DNA of 22,540 nt from an uncultured Gemmatimonadales bacterium (lineage in GTDB: Bacteria > Gemmatimonadota > Gemmatimonadetes > Longimicrobiales > Gaopeijiaceae). Made by a program: the position numbers and the translations under genes. A model generated the notes under the pieces. It ran no database searches and was not told the DNA's origin. It was given only the letters and a program-made list of their open reading frames with translations. How positions within the stretch are numbered: position 1 is the stretch's first letter; the number at the start of each line of letters is the position of its first letter. The stretch spans positions 1 to 22,540 of the forward strand of contig CAWELD010000008.1 in NCBI GenBank assembly GCA_963809895.1, in the 5' to 3' direction. Of this stretch, positions 9,620 through 17,632 are shown piece by piece.

Positions 9620-10855
9620 TTGAGACTTCGACAGTTCGTTCGTGCCTCGCTGTTCGCCCTCGCGGCAATCCCCCTGGCGATTCCCCGGCCGATCCTTGCA
9701 CAGGCGACGCCCCCGGCGGGAATGGCCGCCGTGGAGACGGCCCGCTCGCGGGCCTGCGTCGGCAAGATGGCGGAGCTGGCATCGTGGAACGCCAAGGCGG
9801 CTCCCTACGCCCAGCGCGTGCAGCGGCTTCAGGCCCTGGCCAACGCGGTGGCTGTGGAGGACAGCGCGCGGGTGACGCCCTTCGACACCAGCGACGCCCT
9901 GGAGCGCGCCGTGCGCGATTGGTTCGTGGAAGACCACCGCCTGGGGCTCGAGATCGCCGGGGGCGACTCGGCGAAGGTCGCCACACGGGATGCGGCCCGT
10001 GACGCCATGGCGTCGCGACTCCAGGAAGAAGCGACGTCGGTCACCACCGAGGCTCGCTCCAGCCTGCAGGACGCCCCGGCGGCCCGGGCCGCGGCTCAGC
10101 CGTGTGAGAACGCGATCTTCGTGCGCCCGGTCGTGCTGGAGGCGTGCAAGACGACGCCGAGCCCGCTGTGCGATGCGGCGGCGCTGCCGGCGGATTCCGC
10201 GATCAAGGTATCCCCCTACCGGTTCGTGGACGCCCCGGAGGATCTGTGGGATGTCGAGCAGCTCCGGCCCTGGACGGACCCGGGCCCGCTGCAGGTGGCG
10301 CCGGACGGCTCCCTGGCTGGCGCACGCACCGTGGCCCGGACGGCACACGGCAACATCATCGTGGTCGTGGCGCTGGCACCACTGATCCAGCCGCGCGCGC
10401 AGCTCGACTCCGCGCGGGTCGCGGCGTTCGACACGAACCTGGACTCCCTCGGGTTCAACTTCGACCACCCCGCCTTCGTCATGGCGCCCGCGCTGGAGAT
10501 CCAGGCCGCCGTGCCCGCGCCGATCGGGGGCGAGACGCACTACCTTCTGCACTTCGGAGACGTCTCGGACCCGGACGTCGTGTGGTCGGGCCCCGTCGAC
10601 TCCACCACCGTGATCCAGGCCACCGTGCCCGCCAACTCCGCCCTCCTCGATCGGCTGCGGGCCGGCGACGAGCTCACCTTCACGGCGGTGAGCGTTCCCG
10701 AGGGCTCCACGGAGGGCACGCCGGTCTATACGCTCAGCCTCATGAACGTGAATGAGGCCCAGGCGTCCACGGCGCTCCTGAACTACATGGCCAGCGGGGG
10801 ACTGTCGGACGATCTGAAGAAGATCGCTCCGCCAGGAGGTGCGACGGGGGGCTGA
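9620..10855 (+). CDS. hypothetical secreted protein
   Basis: TTG 9620 in frame with GGAG upstream and a TACAAT -10-like box at 9579-9584; signal peptide MRLRQFVRASLFALAAIPLAIPRPILA|Q; host-like codon usage; Ala-rich helical N-half with four Cys, beta-rich C-half. No family recognised. Confidence 0.7.
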   Translation: MRLRQFVRASLFALAAIPLAIPRPILAQATPPAGMAAVETARSRACVGKMAELASWNAKAAPYAQRVQRLQALANAVAVEDSARVTPFDTSDALERAVRDWFVEDHRLGLEIAGGDSAKVATRDAARDAMASRLQEEATSVTTEARSSLQDAPAARAAAQPCENAIFVRPVVLEACKTTPSPLCDAAALPADSAIKVSPYRFVDAPEDLWDVEQLRPWTDPGPLQVAPDGSLAGARTVARTAHGNIIVVVALAPLIQPRAQLDSARVAAFDTNLDSLGFNFDHPAFVMAPALEIQAAVPAPIGGETHYLLHFGDVSDPDVVWSGPVDSTTVIQATVPANSALLDRLRAGDELTFTAVSVPEGSTEGTPVYTLSLMNVNEAQASTALLNYMASGGLSDDLKKIAPPGGATGG

Positions 10856-10866
10856 GGCATCTGAGC

Positions 10867-10886
10867 CCCTCGGTCAAGGCCGAGGG
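10867..10886 (+). terminator. GC-rich hairpin after stop codon, possible terminator (no U-tract)
   Basis: CCCTCGGT-CAAG-GCCGAGGG starting 12 nt after stop 10855. Confidence 0.3.
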
Positions 10887-10939
10887 TGCCACGCTCGCCG
10901 TCGCTACGGTTCCACTGGAGGGTCCTCCAACGACAGTTC

Positions 10940-11035
10940 GCCAATTCGACTCGCTCAGCGAGTCAAATCCGTAAGAGCGACAATCGGCGATTTCACGACC
11001 CGTCGAGTTCAACTCGCCTGGCGAGTCGAATTGGC
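10940..11035. repeat. REP/REPIN-like doublet: two inverted copies of a palindromic unit of about 30 bp
   Basis: GCCAATTCGACTCGC (10940-10954) and its exact reverse complement GCGAGTCGAATTGGC (11021-11035); each arm holds an internal hairpin ACTCGC-NNN-GCGAGT. Confidence 0.7.
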
Positions 11036-11172
11036 AAATCGTCTGAATCGGGGGCTGGAGTTACACCGTAGCGTCGTCCTGCCGACCGCCGCCGGCCTCC
11101 GAGGCCACGCCGGGCACCGCGCGGCCTTGCCCCACCCCCACCCCCGCCCTACACTCACGCGTTCCGTCGCCT

Positions 11173-11196
11173 GATATACAATATCCAAACAGGAGG
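11173..11196 (+). promoter_or_regulatory. -10 box overlapped by a palindrome, plus RBS of the symporter operon
   Basis: TACAAT 11177-11182 within GATAT-ACA-ATATC (11173-11185); AGGAGG 11191-11196. Confidence 0.5.
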
Positions 11197-11208
11197 GCTG
11201 GCCCACCC

Positions 11209-11622
11209 ATGGAGATCCTCGGTCTGCCCCTCCCCATGTTCCTGGTCTTCGTCGGGACCGTGCTGGCCGGAAGCCTGGGCGCCATCCACTACGTCATCGT
11301 CCACGTGATCATGGGCAAGCCCTTCGCCGAGATCCCCCCGCCGTTGGTGCGCCAGGAAGCGGCACGCAGTGGGGATGACAGCACGAGACCGGGTAGCGGC
11401 ACGAGCCCGGGCCGTGGCGCGAGCCCGGGCGGCGGCGCGAGCCCCGGCGGGCCGGCGTCCAGCGCGTCACCCGGCAACGCCTCCGAGGCCACCCCGGATG
11501 CCGCCGTCCCCGGCGCCACCGGCGGGCCCGCCGGATCCAGCGAGCGCGCGGCAGACGGCTCGCACGGCGACACCCCCGACGACCCCCACACCCCCACCGG
11601 TGGAGGGTCGGCCCATGGATAA
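11209..11622 (+). CDS. small membrane protein with low-complexity tail; putative SSS accessory subunit
   Basis: Strong RBS; hydrophobic first ~35 aa; G/S/P/A-rich tail; stop overlaps symporter start by 8 nt. Confidence 0.75.
   Translation: MEILGLPLPMFLVFVGTVLAGSLGAIHYVIVHVIMGKPFAEIPPPLVRQEAARSGDDSTRPGSGTSPGRGASPGGGASPGGPASSASPGNASEATPDAAVPGATGGPAGSSERAADGSHGDTPDDPHTPTGGGSAHG
11381..11452 (+). repeat. 4 x 18-bp imperfect in-frame tandem repeat
   Basis: gcacgagaccgggtagcg / gcacgagcccgggccgtg / gcgcgagcccgggcggcg / gcgcgagccccggcgggc, encoding TRPGSG-TSPGRG-ASPGGG-ASPGGP. Confidence 0.85.
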
Positions 11623-13075
11623 CGTCAATCCCTATTACCTGCTGGCGTTCACAATCTACCTGCTGGTGGTCCTGGGGATCGGCGTGTGGGCCTACACGCG
11701 CACCAAGAACGTCATGGACTTCTGGGTGTTCGGCCAGAACATGGGACCGGTGCTGGCCACTTCCTCGCTGGTCGCCAACTTCGTCAGCGCAGTGAGCGTG
11801 ATCGGCTTCATCGGCGCGGTCTACGGCGAGGGCTACGCCATCATGTCCCACACGATCCTGGGGCTGATGATGGGCCTCAGCGTGCTCTACTTCGTGGTGG
11901 GCTACGTGCGGCCGCTCAACGTGCTCACCTTCTCGGATCTGGTGGCGCGGGTCACGGGATACCAGGTCTCGCGGCCGCTGGCGGGCCTCATCCTGCTGCT
12001 CAGCAGCTGGCTCTACCTGATCATGCAGCTCGTGGGCGCGAGCCTGCTGGTCACGGCCATCACCGGCGTCCCCTACGAGTACATGGTGTGGGTCATCGGC
12101 GCCGTCTTCATCATCTACACGGTGATGGGGGGATTGGTGAGCGTCGCGTGGACGGACCTGCTCCAGGGGATCCTCATGGTGGCGGCCGTCATCTTCGTCT
12201 TCTTCTACATGGTGCACGACCTGGGCGGACTGACGTCCATCAACGAGAGCTTCGCCGCCCTGGATCCGGCCCGCGTGAGTCCCACCCACGGGGGCACCTA
12301 CAAGCTGGTGGCCATCGCCGGGACGTTCATGGCCTTCTTCGGCACCATCCTGTGCGAGCAGGACATGTTGATCCGCATCGCGGCCACCCGCGACGTGCGC
12401 ACGGCGAAGATCCACGTGGCGGCGGCCGGCCTGATCCTGTCCATCTTCTACTCGCTGCTCATCATGCTGGGCGGCGCCACGACGGTGGCCCTGCACAACG
12501 CGGGCTTCACCCTGCAGACGCAGGACGCGGCGTTCCCCACGCTCATCACCTCGTACGTGCCCACGGGCGTGGGCGTGGTGATCATCCTGGCGGTCATGAG
12601 CGCCATCCTGTCCACCACCGACACGCGCCTGCACGCAGCGGGCATGACGGTGGCCCGGGACATGTACAGCTACTTCCGACCCAATGCCGACGACCAACGG
12701 CTCATGCGCGTGTCCCGCACCGCCACGGTGATCCTCGGGCTGTCGGCCACCGCCGCCGCGGTGGATCCCCCGGGCACCATCATCGTGCTGTACAGCTTCC
12801 GTGCGGTGGTCATCACCACCGCCTTCCTGGTGCCCGTCTACGCCGCGGTCTTCTGGACCCGGCTCGAGGGCCGGGCAGTGCTGACGGCCATTACCGGCGG
12901 CGGGCTCGTGGGACTCGCGACCGACATCATGGGCGGCGGCATCGGCTCCATCCCCTCGACCTTCCTGGGGATGGGTACGGGCGCGCTGCTGCTCCTGCTG
13001 GGGCACGCGGTGTTCCGGGGGAAGGGCCCCGGGCAAGCCGCGGTGACCCCGGCGCCGTCCGTGAGGGAGGGCTGA
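11615..13075 (+). CDS. sodium:solute symporter (SSS, PutP/PanF-like)
   Basis: About 13 TM helices; DFWVFGQNMG, YTVMGGLVSVAWTDLLQG, AVMSAILSTTDT, VARDMY motifs; ATG 11615. Confidence 0.93.
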   Translation: MDNVNPYYLLAFTIYLLVVLGIGVWAYTRTKNVMDFWVFGQNMGPVLATSSLVANFVSAVSVIGFIGAVYGEGYAIMSHTILGLMMGLSVLYFVVGYVRPLNVLTFSDLVARVTGYQVSRPLAGLILLLSSWLYLIMQLVGASLLVTAITGVPYEYMVWVIGAVFIIYTVMGGLVSVAWTDLLQGILMVAAVIFVFFYMVHDLGGLTSINESFAALDPARVSPTHGGTYKLVAIAGTFMAFFGTILCEQDMLIRIAATRDVRTAKIHVAAAGLILSIFYSLLIMLGGATTVALHNAGFTLQTQDAAFPTLITSYVPTGVGVVIILAVMSAILSTTDTRLHAAGMTVARDMYSYFRPNADDQRLMRVSRTATVILGLSATAAAVDPPGTIIVLYSFRAVVITTAFLVPVYAAVFWTRLEGRAVLTAITGGGLVGLATDIMGGGIGSIPSTFLGMGTGALLLLLGHAVFRGKGPGQAAVTPAPSVREG

Positions 13076-13150
13076 TCATGATCATGGCAATGGGATGCGC
13101 GGAGCCTGCGGCGACCCCGGAATCCCCCGTCCGGCAGGAGGGCTGAAGCG

Positions 13151-14437
13151 ATGGCGAACGACATCCCGATCCAGGCCGTGGACCGCGTCATGGCGGCGGT
13201 GGACGAGCTGGCCGACGAGGTAGTGGGATTCACCTCGGAGCTGGTGCGCATCCCCACCGTGAATCCCCCGGGCGAGCACTACGTGGACTGCGCCCGGCTC
13301 ATCGGCGAGCGCCTGGAACGCTTCGGGTTCGACGTCGACTACCCCGAGGCCGAGGACCGCCCCGAGCACACCAAGGCGCATCCCCGCATGAACGTCATGG
13401 GCGTGCGGCCCGGTGCGCGCTCCAACCCCTGCGTGCACATCAACGGACACTTCGACGTGGTGCCCGTGGGCGACGGGTGGACCGTCGATCCCTTCGGGGG
13501 CGAGGTGAAGGACGGCCGCATCTACGGACGCGGGACCTGCGACATGAAGGCGGGGATCGCCGCGGGCATCTACGCCCTCGAGGCCATCCGGCGGGCCGGC
13601 GTGCGCCTGACCGGCACCGTCGAGGTGTCGGGTACCGTGGACGAGGAGAGCGGGGGATGGGCCGGCGTGGCCTACCTGGCCGAGACCGGCCGCATCGCGA
13701 AGGGCCACACCGACGCGGTCATCATCCCGGAGCCCCTGTGCGTGGACCGCATCTGTGTCGGCCACAGGGGCGTGTACTGGTTCGAGGTCACGACCCACGG
13801 GCGCATCGCCCACGGCAGCATGCCCTTTCTGGGGACCAGCGCCGTGGACCACATGGGCGCGCTCATCGAGACCATCCGCACCGAGCTCAAGCCCAGCTTC
13901 AAGCGGCGCCTGACCGAGGTACCCGTGGTGCCCGAGGGCGCCAGGCACGGGACGCTCAACGTGAACGCGCTCCACGGCGGCCAGCCCAACGGCGCCGTGC
14001 AATCCCCCTGCGTCGCCGACCGCTGCGTCGCCACCTTCGACCGCCGCTTCCTCCTGGAGGAGGGCTTCGAGGACACCCGCAGCGAGATCGTGCGGCTACT
14101 GGACGGGATGGTCGACAAGATCCCCGAGTTCAGCTACGACCTGAAGGACCTCATGGTCGTGCATCCCACCCAGGCGCCCGACGACGCCTCGGTGATCCGC
14201 GCGCTCGGCAACTCCATCGCCAGCGTCCTGGGGCGCGAGGCCACCATGGTGGCCAGCCCCGGCACCTACGACCAGAAGCACGTGGCGCGCATCGCCGGTG
14301 TGGACAACTGCGTCGCCTACGGCCCCGGCATCCTCGAGCTGGCGCACCAGCCCGACGAGTGGTGTGGCGTCGACGACCTGATCAACGCCACCAAGGTGCT
14401 GGCGCTGTCGACCATGGAACTGGCGGGGGTGGAGTAG
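13151..14437 (+). CDS. M20A amidohydrolase, ArgE/DapE family (acetylornithine deacetylase / succinyl-diaminopimelate desuccinylase-like)
   Basis: IPTVNPPG, NGHFDVVP, GRGTCDMKAG, DEESGG, IIPEP, AHGSMP, AHQPDE; GGAGG RBS upstream. Confidence 0.93.
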   Translation: MANDIPIQAVDRVMAAVDELADEVVGFTSELVRIPTVNPPGEHYVDCARLIGERLERFGFDVDYPEAEDRPEHTKAHPRMNVMGVRPGARSNPCVHINGHFDVVPVGDGWTVDPFGGEVKDGRIYGRGTCDMKAGIAAGIYALEAIRRAGVRLTGTVEVSGTVDEESGGWAGVAYLAETGRIAKGHTDAVIIPEPLCVDRICVGHRGVYWFEVTTHGRIAHGSMPFLGTSAVDHMGALIETIRTELKPSFKRRLTEVPVVPEGARHGTLNVNALHGGQPNGAVQSPCVADRCVATFDRRFLLEEGFEDTRSEIVRLLDGMVDKIPEFSYDLKDLMVVHPTQAPDDASVIRALGNSIASVLGREATMVASPGTYDQKHVARIAGVDNCVAYGPGILELAHQPDEWCGVDDLINATKVLALSTMELAGVE

Positions 14438-14442
14438 GAGGG

Positions 14443-14735
14443 TCAAGCCACCGCCAGCTGTATACTCTCACGAACGGCACATCCAGCTCGTCGAACCAGA
14501 CGGTGAGGATTCGGCTTCCGCGAACGTCCAGCACATCGCCCGAACCCGCGGGGAGTGCTACCGTGTCCAGCCATCTGCCATCGGTGTCTACCACATCGAG
14601 GACACGACCTTCAGTAGGGGCCACGGCCGCCAGCGTGAGACCCACAGTGCGCCGTCCGATGTGGCGACCCCAATCCATCGATTGCAGAGGCACTGTCCGC
14701 GAATTGCATGCGGTCATAGGCACGCAGAGTCGCAA
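14443..14735 (-). pseudogene. C-terminal remnant of a six-bladed beta-propeller gene, frameshifted
   Basis: Across frames: RMQFADSASAIDGL / VATSDGALWVSRW / EGRVLDVVDTDGRWLDTVALP...WFDELDVPFVRVY, paralleling the C-terminus of 7256-8518 (MRFPERLSVVTGLGVDSQGRIWV...IDVLTPDGAYLG...DDLDVPWV). Probable stop TGA at 14443-14445 if one more indel is allowed. Confidence 0.7.
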
Positions 14736-14800
14736 CATCGCTCGGGTCCGCGTCCCCGTCGATCCAGATCCTCACGCGGCGACGGGCGCCGGGGCGTCCA

Positions 14801-15072
14801 TCAGCGCACCGCGTTGAAGATGCGACCCCACCGGATCGTCGTCAGCGCCGGGAGCGGCTTTATGGACTGACGGTCGTACGAGTAGTAGATGAAGCTGACC
14901 CGCCCCTCGAAGCGCTCGCCGTCTAGGAGCCCCCAGTAGCGGGAGTCGAGCGACTCGTCGCGGTTGTCCCCGAGCATGAAGTACATCCCCTCGGGGATGG
15001 CGATCGGGCCCCACGTATTTCGGCTCGGCCGATACCGAGATCGATCGACCCCCTCCAAGGAGGTAGCGGTCC
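14801..15072 (-). pseudogene. lepB: signal peptidase I, 3' fragment only
   Basis: WGPIAIPEGMYFMLGDNRDESLDSRYWG (S26 box E, GDNRxxSxDSR)...GRVSFIYYS...IRWGRIFNAVR*; catalytic Ser/Lys region absent, replaced by IS1380 sequence. Confidence 0.88.
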
Positions 15073-15073
15073 C

Positions 15074-16282
15074 CGGGAGGGTCTGGCGTGCCTGCTCCGT
15101 CAGCTCATCGTGCCGCTCCTGAACCGATCGGACGGGGAGCTGACACTGGACCTGGACTCCTTCCCCCACGAGGTCCACGGCCATCAGCCCGGCACGGCCT
15201 ACAACGCCCACTACCGCATCCGCTGCTTCCACCCTCTCGTCGCCAGCGTCGAAGGCCGCTACTTCCTTGGCGGACAGCTCCGGGAGGGCAACGTGCACAC
15301 GGCCGATGGCGGCCTCGACTTTGTGCTGCCGATCCTGCGCTGGCTCCGCACCCTCGTCCCCCGCGTCTGGCTCCGTGCCGATGCGGGATTCCCGGCCCCG
15401 ACCCTTCTCGACACCCTTGAGGACGAAGGGATTCCCTACGTCTGTCGCCTCCGCTCGAATTCCGTGCTCGAGCGCATGGCCAAGCCCTTCCTGCGCCGCC
15501 CGTCCGGGCGGCCTCCGGCCGGAGGCCGCACCTGGTTCCACGAACTCTCCTACCAAGCCGGGACTTGGAGCCGAGCGCGCCGCGTCGTCCTCGTCGTGCT
15601 CGAGCGCCCCGACGAACAGCAGCATCTCTTCCTCGATCACTTCTTTCTGCTCACCAGCGCCTCGCCCCACGAGGAGCGCGCGTCCGACCTCCTCGCTCGA
15701 TACCGCCGTCGCGGCACGGCCGAGGGCGACTTCGGCGCCTTCAAGAGCACCGTCGGCCCCACCCTCTCCTCCTCGCCACGCCCCAAGAGCCACTACCGGG
15801 AACGCCCGATCCGGACGCCGCGGCAGGACGAGCCCGACACCTTCGCCGCCAACGACGCAAAGCTCCTCCTGGGCCTTCTCGCCGCGAATATCCTCGCCGC
15901 CGGCGCCGATCTGCTCAGCCGCGACCGCGACGTCCGCATGAGCCGCGAACGGTTCCGAACCTTCCTCCTCAAGACCGCCGCCCGTGTCCTCCTCGGCAGC
16001 GGCTATGTCACCGTCGTCATTGCCGCCGCTCGTGCTCCCCTCTGGCAGCGCTTCCGCTCCGCCCTCCAGGCGCTGCCACCCGCCCGCGGTTCCCCCGCTG
16101 CCCCGGCCCTGCCTGTTCCAGCGTAGTCCCCCAGTCAGGCCGGGAATCCACTCACCTCCACAACCCCCATGGGGGTAAGGGGGTCTCTATCCTCGCGATG
16201 CTCAGACTCCCACCGCACGCCCCCTTCCCGGAACCTTAAGCCAAAATCCTCGAACAGTCCCTGCCCTCATGAATGATCCGGG
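15074..16282 (+). mobile_element. IS1380-family element, left part missing
   Basis: Transposase reading frame plus terminal CCCTCATGAATGATCCGGG (16264-16282), matching the CC(C/T)GG...ATTCA terminus typical of IS1380; no left IR found near 15070. Confidence 0.85.
15110..16126 (+). CDS. IS1380-family DDE transposase, N-terminally truncated
   Basis: LTLDLDS...VHGHQPGTAYNAHYRIRCFHPL, LREGNVHTA, LRADAGF, YQAGTWSRARRVV, YRRRGTAE, FAANDAKLLL. Confidence 0.88.
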   Translation: MPLLNRSDGELTLDLDSFPHEVHGHQPGTAYNAHYRIRCFHPLVASVEGRYFLGGQLREGNVHTADGGLDFVLPILRWLRTLVPRVWLRADAGFPAPTLLDTLEDEGIPYVCRLRSNSVLERMAKPFLRRPSGRPPAGGRTWFHELSYQAGTWSRARRVVLVVLERPDEQQHLFLDHFFLLTSASPHEERASDLLARYRRRGTAEGDFGAFKSTVGPTLSSSPRPKSHYRERPIRTPRQDEPDTFAANDAKLLLGLLAANILAAGADLLSRDRDVRMSRERFRTFLLKTAARVLLGSGYVTVVIAAARAPLWQRFRSALQALPPARGSPAAPALPVPA

Positions 16283-16456
16283 TTGAATTCTGCCGAAAAC
16301 AGCGTACCTTGAACTTCACCCATGGCGTGTCGGTTTGCTCCCGCGATGAAGGTGTGGTTCTGAACACCCCCATCTTATTGCGGTGCAAGTAGATGCGCCA
16401 TGGGCTTTCTATATTCGGACTATCCCACCTCTATTCACCCTCGTGAATACGCCGGG
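16283..16456 (-). mobile_element. left end and first ~14 codons of a second, oppositely oriented IS1380 copy
   Basis: CCCTCGTGAATACGCCGGG (16438-16456) matches 16264-16282 at 15/19; minus-strand ATG 16323 reads MGEVQGTLFSAEFN, resembling IS1380 transposase N-termini, and is cut at 16283. Confidence 0.7.
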
Positions 16457-16484
16457 GTTACCTATCTGCCAGTCTGGTCCCATC

Positions 16485-17631
16485 TAGTGTACTGTTACAA
16501 AAGTATCTATCCCATGATGCCCGGGAGCGCTATATTGGTGTTCATGGCTACTGCAACCAGGAAGTTGCGACTGCGCCGCGGGGACCGGAGGACGCTCGAA
16601 TCCTGGGCACGATCCCGCACGTTGCCGAGGCGCCAGGTCGAACGAGCGAAGATCGTTCTGGCCGCCTCCCGAGGAGAATCGAGTCGCGCCATCGGAGCCA
16701 CACTGGGCATCGCCCGAGATACCGCCCGTCTGTGGATGCGACGCTACGAGGCCGAAGGGCTCAAGGGGATCGAGGGCGACCGAGCCCGGTCGGGACGGCC
16801 CCCGAAAGTCACGCGTAGGCTCGAGGAGGAGATCGTCAGGAAGACGGTCGAGGAGGATCCGCCGCCTGAGGTTTCGACCCACTGGAGCAGTCGGCTCCTG
16901 GGCGAGGCCATGGGGCTCGACCACGTGACCATCTGGAGGGTGTGGAGGAAGTACGGGCTCAAGCCCCACCAGATCCGGCGCTTCAAGCTCTCGCGCGATC
17001 CTCGTTTGGTCGAGAAGCTGCATGACGTGGTGGGCGTCTACCTGAATCCTCCTGACAACGCCGTCGTCTTCAGCTTCGACGAGAAGAGCCAGATCCAGGC
17101 CCTCGACCGTACCCAGCCCGGTCTGCCACTCAAGAAGGGTCGTGCGGGAACGATGACGCACGACTACAAACGGCACGGCACGACGACTCTGTTCGCCGCC
17201 CTCGACGTCGCCACGGGCCACGTCCTTCACGAGTGTATGCCTCGGCACCGGCATCAGGAGTTCCTGACGTTCATGAAGAAGGTCGAGAAGAGCGTCGATC
17301 CCGATCTGGAGATTCACGTGATCCTCGACAACTACGCCACGCACAAGCACGAGAAGGTCCGCAGGTGGCTGGAACGCAATCCCCGGGTCCAGTTTCATTT
17401 CGTACCCACGGGCGCCTCGTGGGCCAATATCGTCGAGCGTCTGTTCGGGGAGCTCGACGAACGCCAGCTCAAGCGCCTCGCCGTCAATAGCGTCCCGGAA
17501 CTCATCGGCCACATCGAGGCCTATCTCGACCATCGCAACGAAGACCCGAAACCCTTCATCTGGACAAAGTCCGCTCAGGAGATTCTCGCGAAGATTGAAC
17601 GTGGGCTAACAACTTTAGAAACGCTACACTA
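16485..17631 (+). mobile_element. IS630-family element, apparently intact, TA target duplication in CTAG context
   Basis: Left end TAGTGTACTGTTACAAAAG vs reverse complement of right end TAGTGTAGCGTTTCTAAAG; CTAG at 16484-16487 and 17629-17632. Confidence 0.92.
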
Positions 17632-17632
17632 G
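16544..17632 (+). CDS. IS630-family transposase
   Basis: RAKIVL HTH, RSGRP, THWSSR, FKLSRDP, SFDEKSQIQALDR, THDYKRHGTTTLFAAL, ILDNYATHK, SWANIVE, PKPFIWTK; stop codon formed at the right end. Confidence 0.95.
   Translation: MATATRKLRLRRGDRRTLESWARSRTLPRRQVERAKIVLAASRGESSRAIGATLGIARDTARLWMRRYEAEGLKGIEGDRARSGRPPKVTRRLEEEIVRKTVEEDPPPEVSTHWSSRLLGEAMGLDHVTIWRVWRKYGLKPHQIRRFKLSRDPRLVEKLHDVVGVYLNPPDNAVVFSFDEKSQIQALDRTQPGLPLKKGRAGTMTHDYKRHGTTTLFAALDVATGHVLHECMPRHRHQEFLTFMKKVEKSVDPDLEIHVILDNYATHKHEKVRRWLERNPRVQFHFVPTGASWANIVERLFGELDERQLKRLAVNSVPELIGHIEAYLDHRNEDPKPFIWTKSAQEILAKIERGLTTLETLH

Noticed and set aside
14801..15793. 330-aa ORF looking like a novel signal peptidase fusion
   Set aside because: The N-terminal ~240 aa are the antisense of the IS1380 transposase; only the last ~85 aa are lepB.
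16163..16176. Perfect 14-bp palindrome ACCCCCATGGGGGT
   Set aside because: Low complexity, inside the IS1380 3' region, with no independent evidence of function.
16400..16543. N-terminal extension of the IS630 ORF
   Set aside because: Starts outside the IS630 left end (16485); ATG 16544 is the plausible start.
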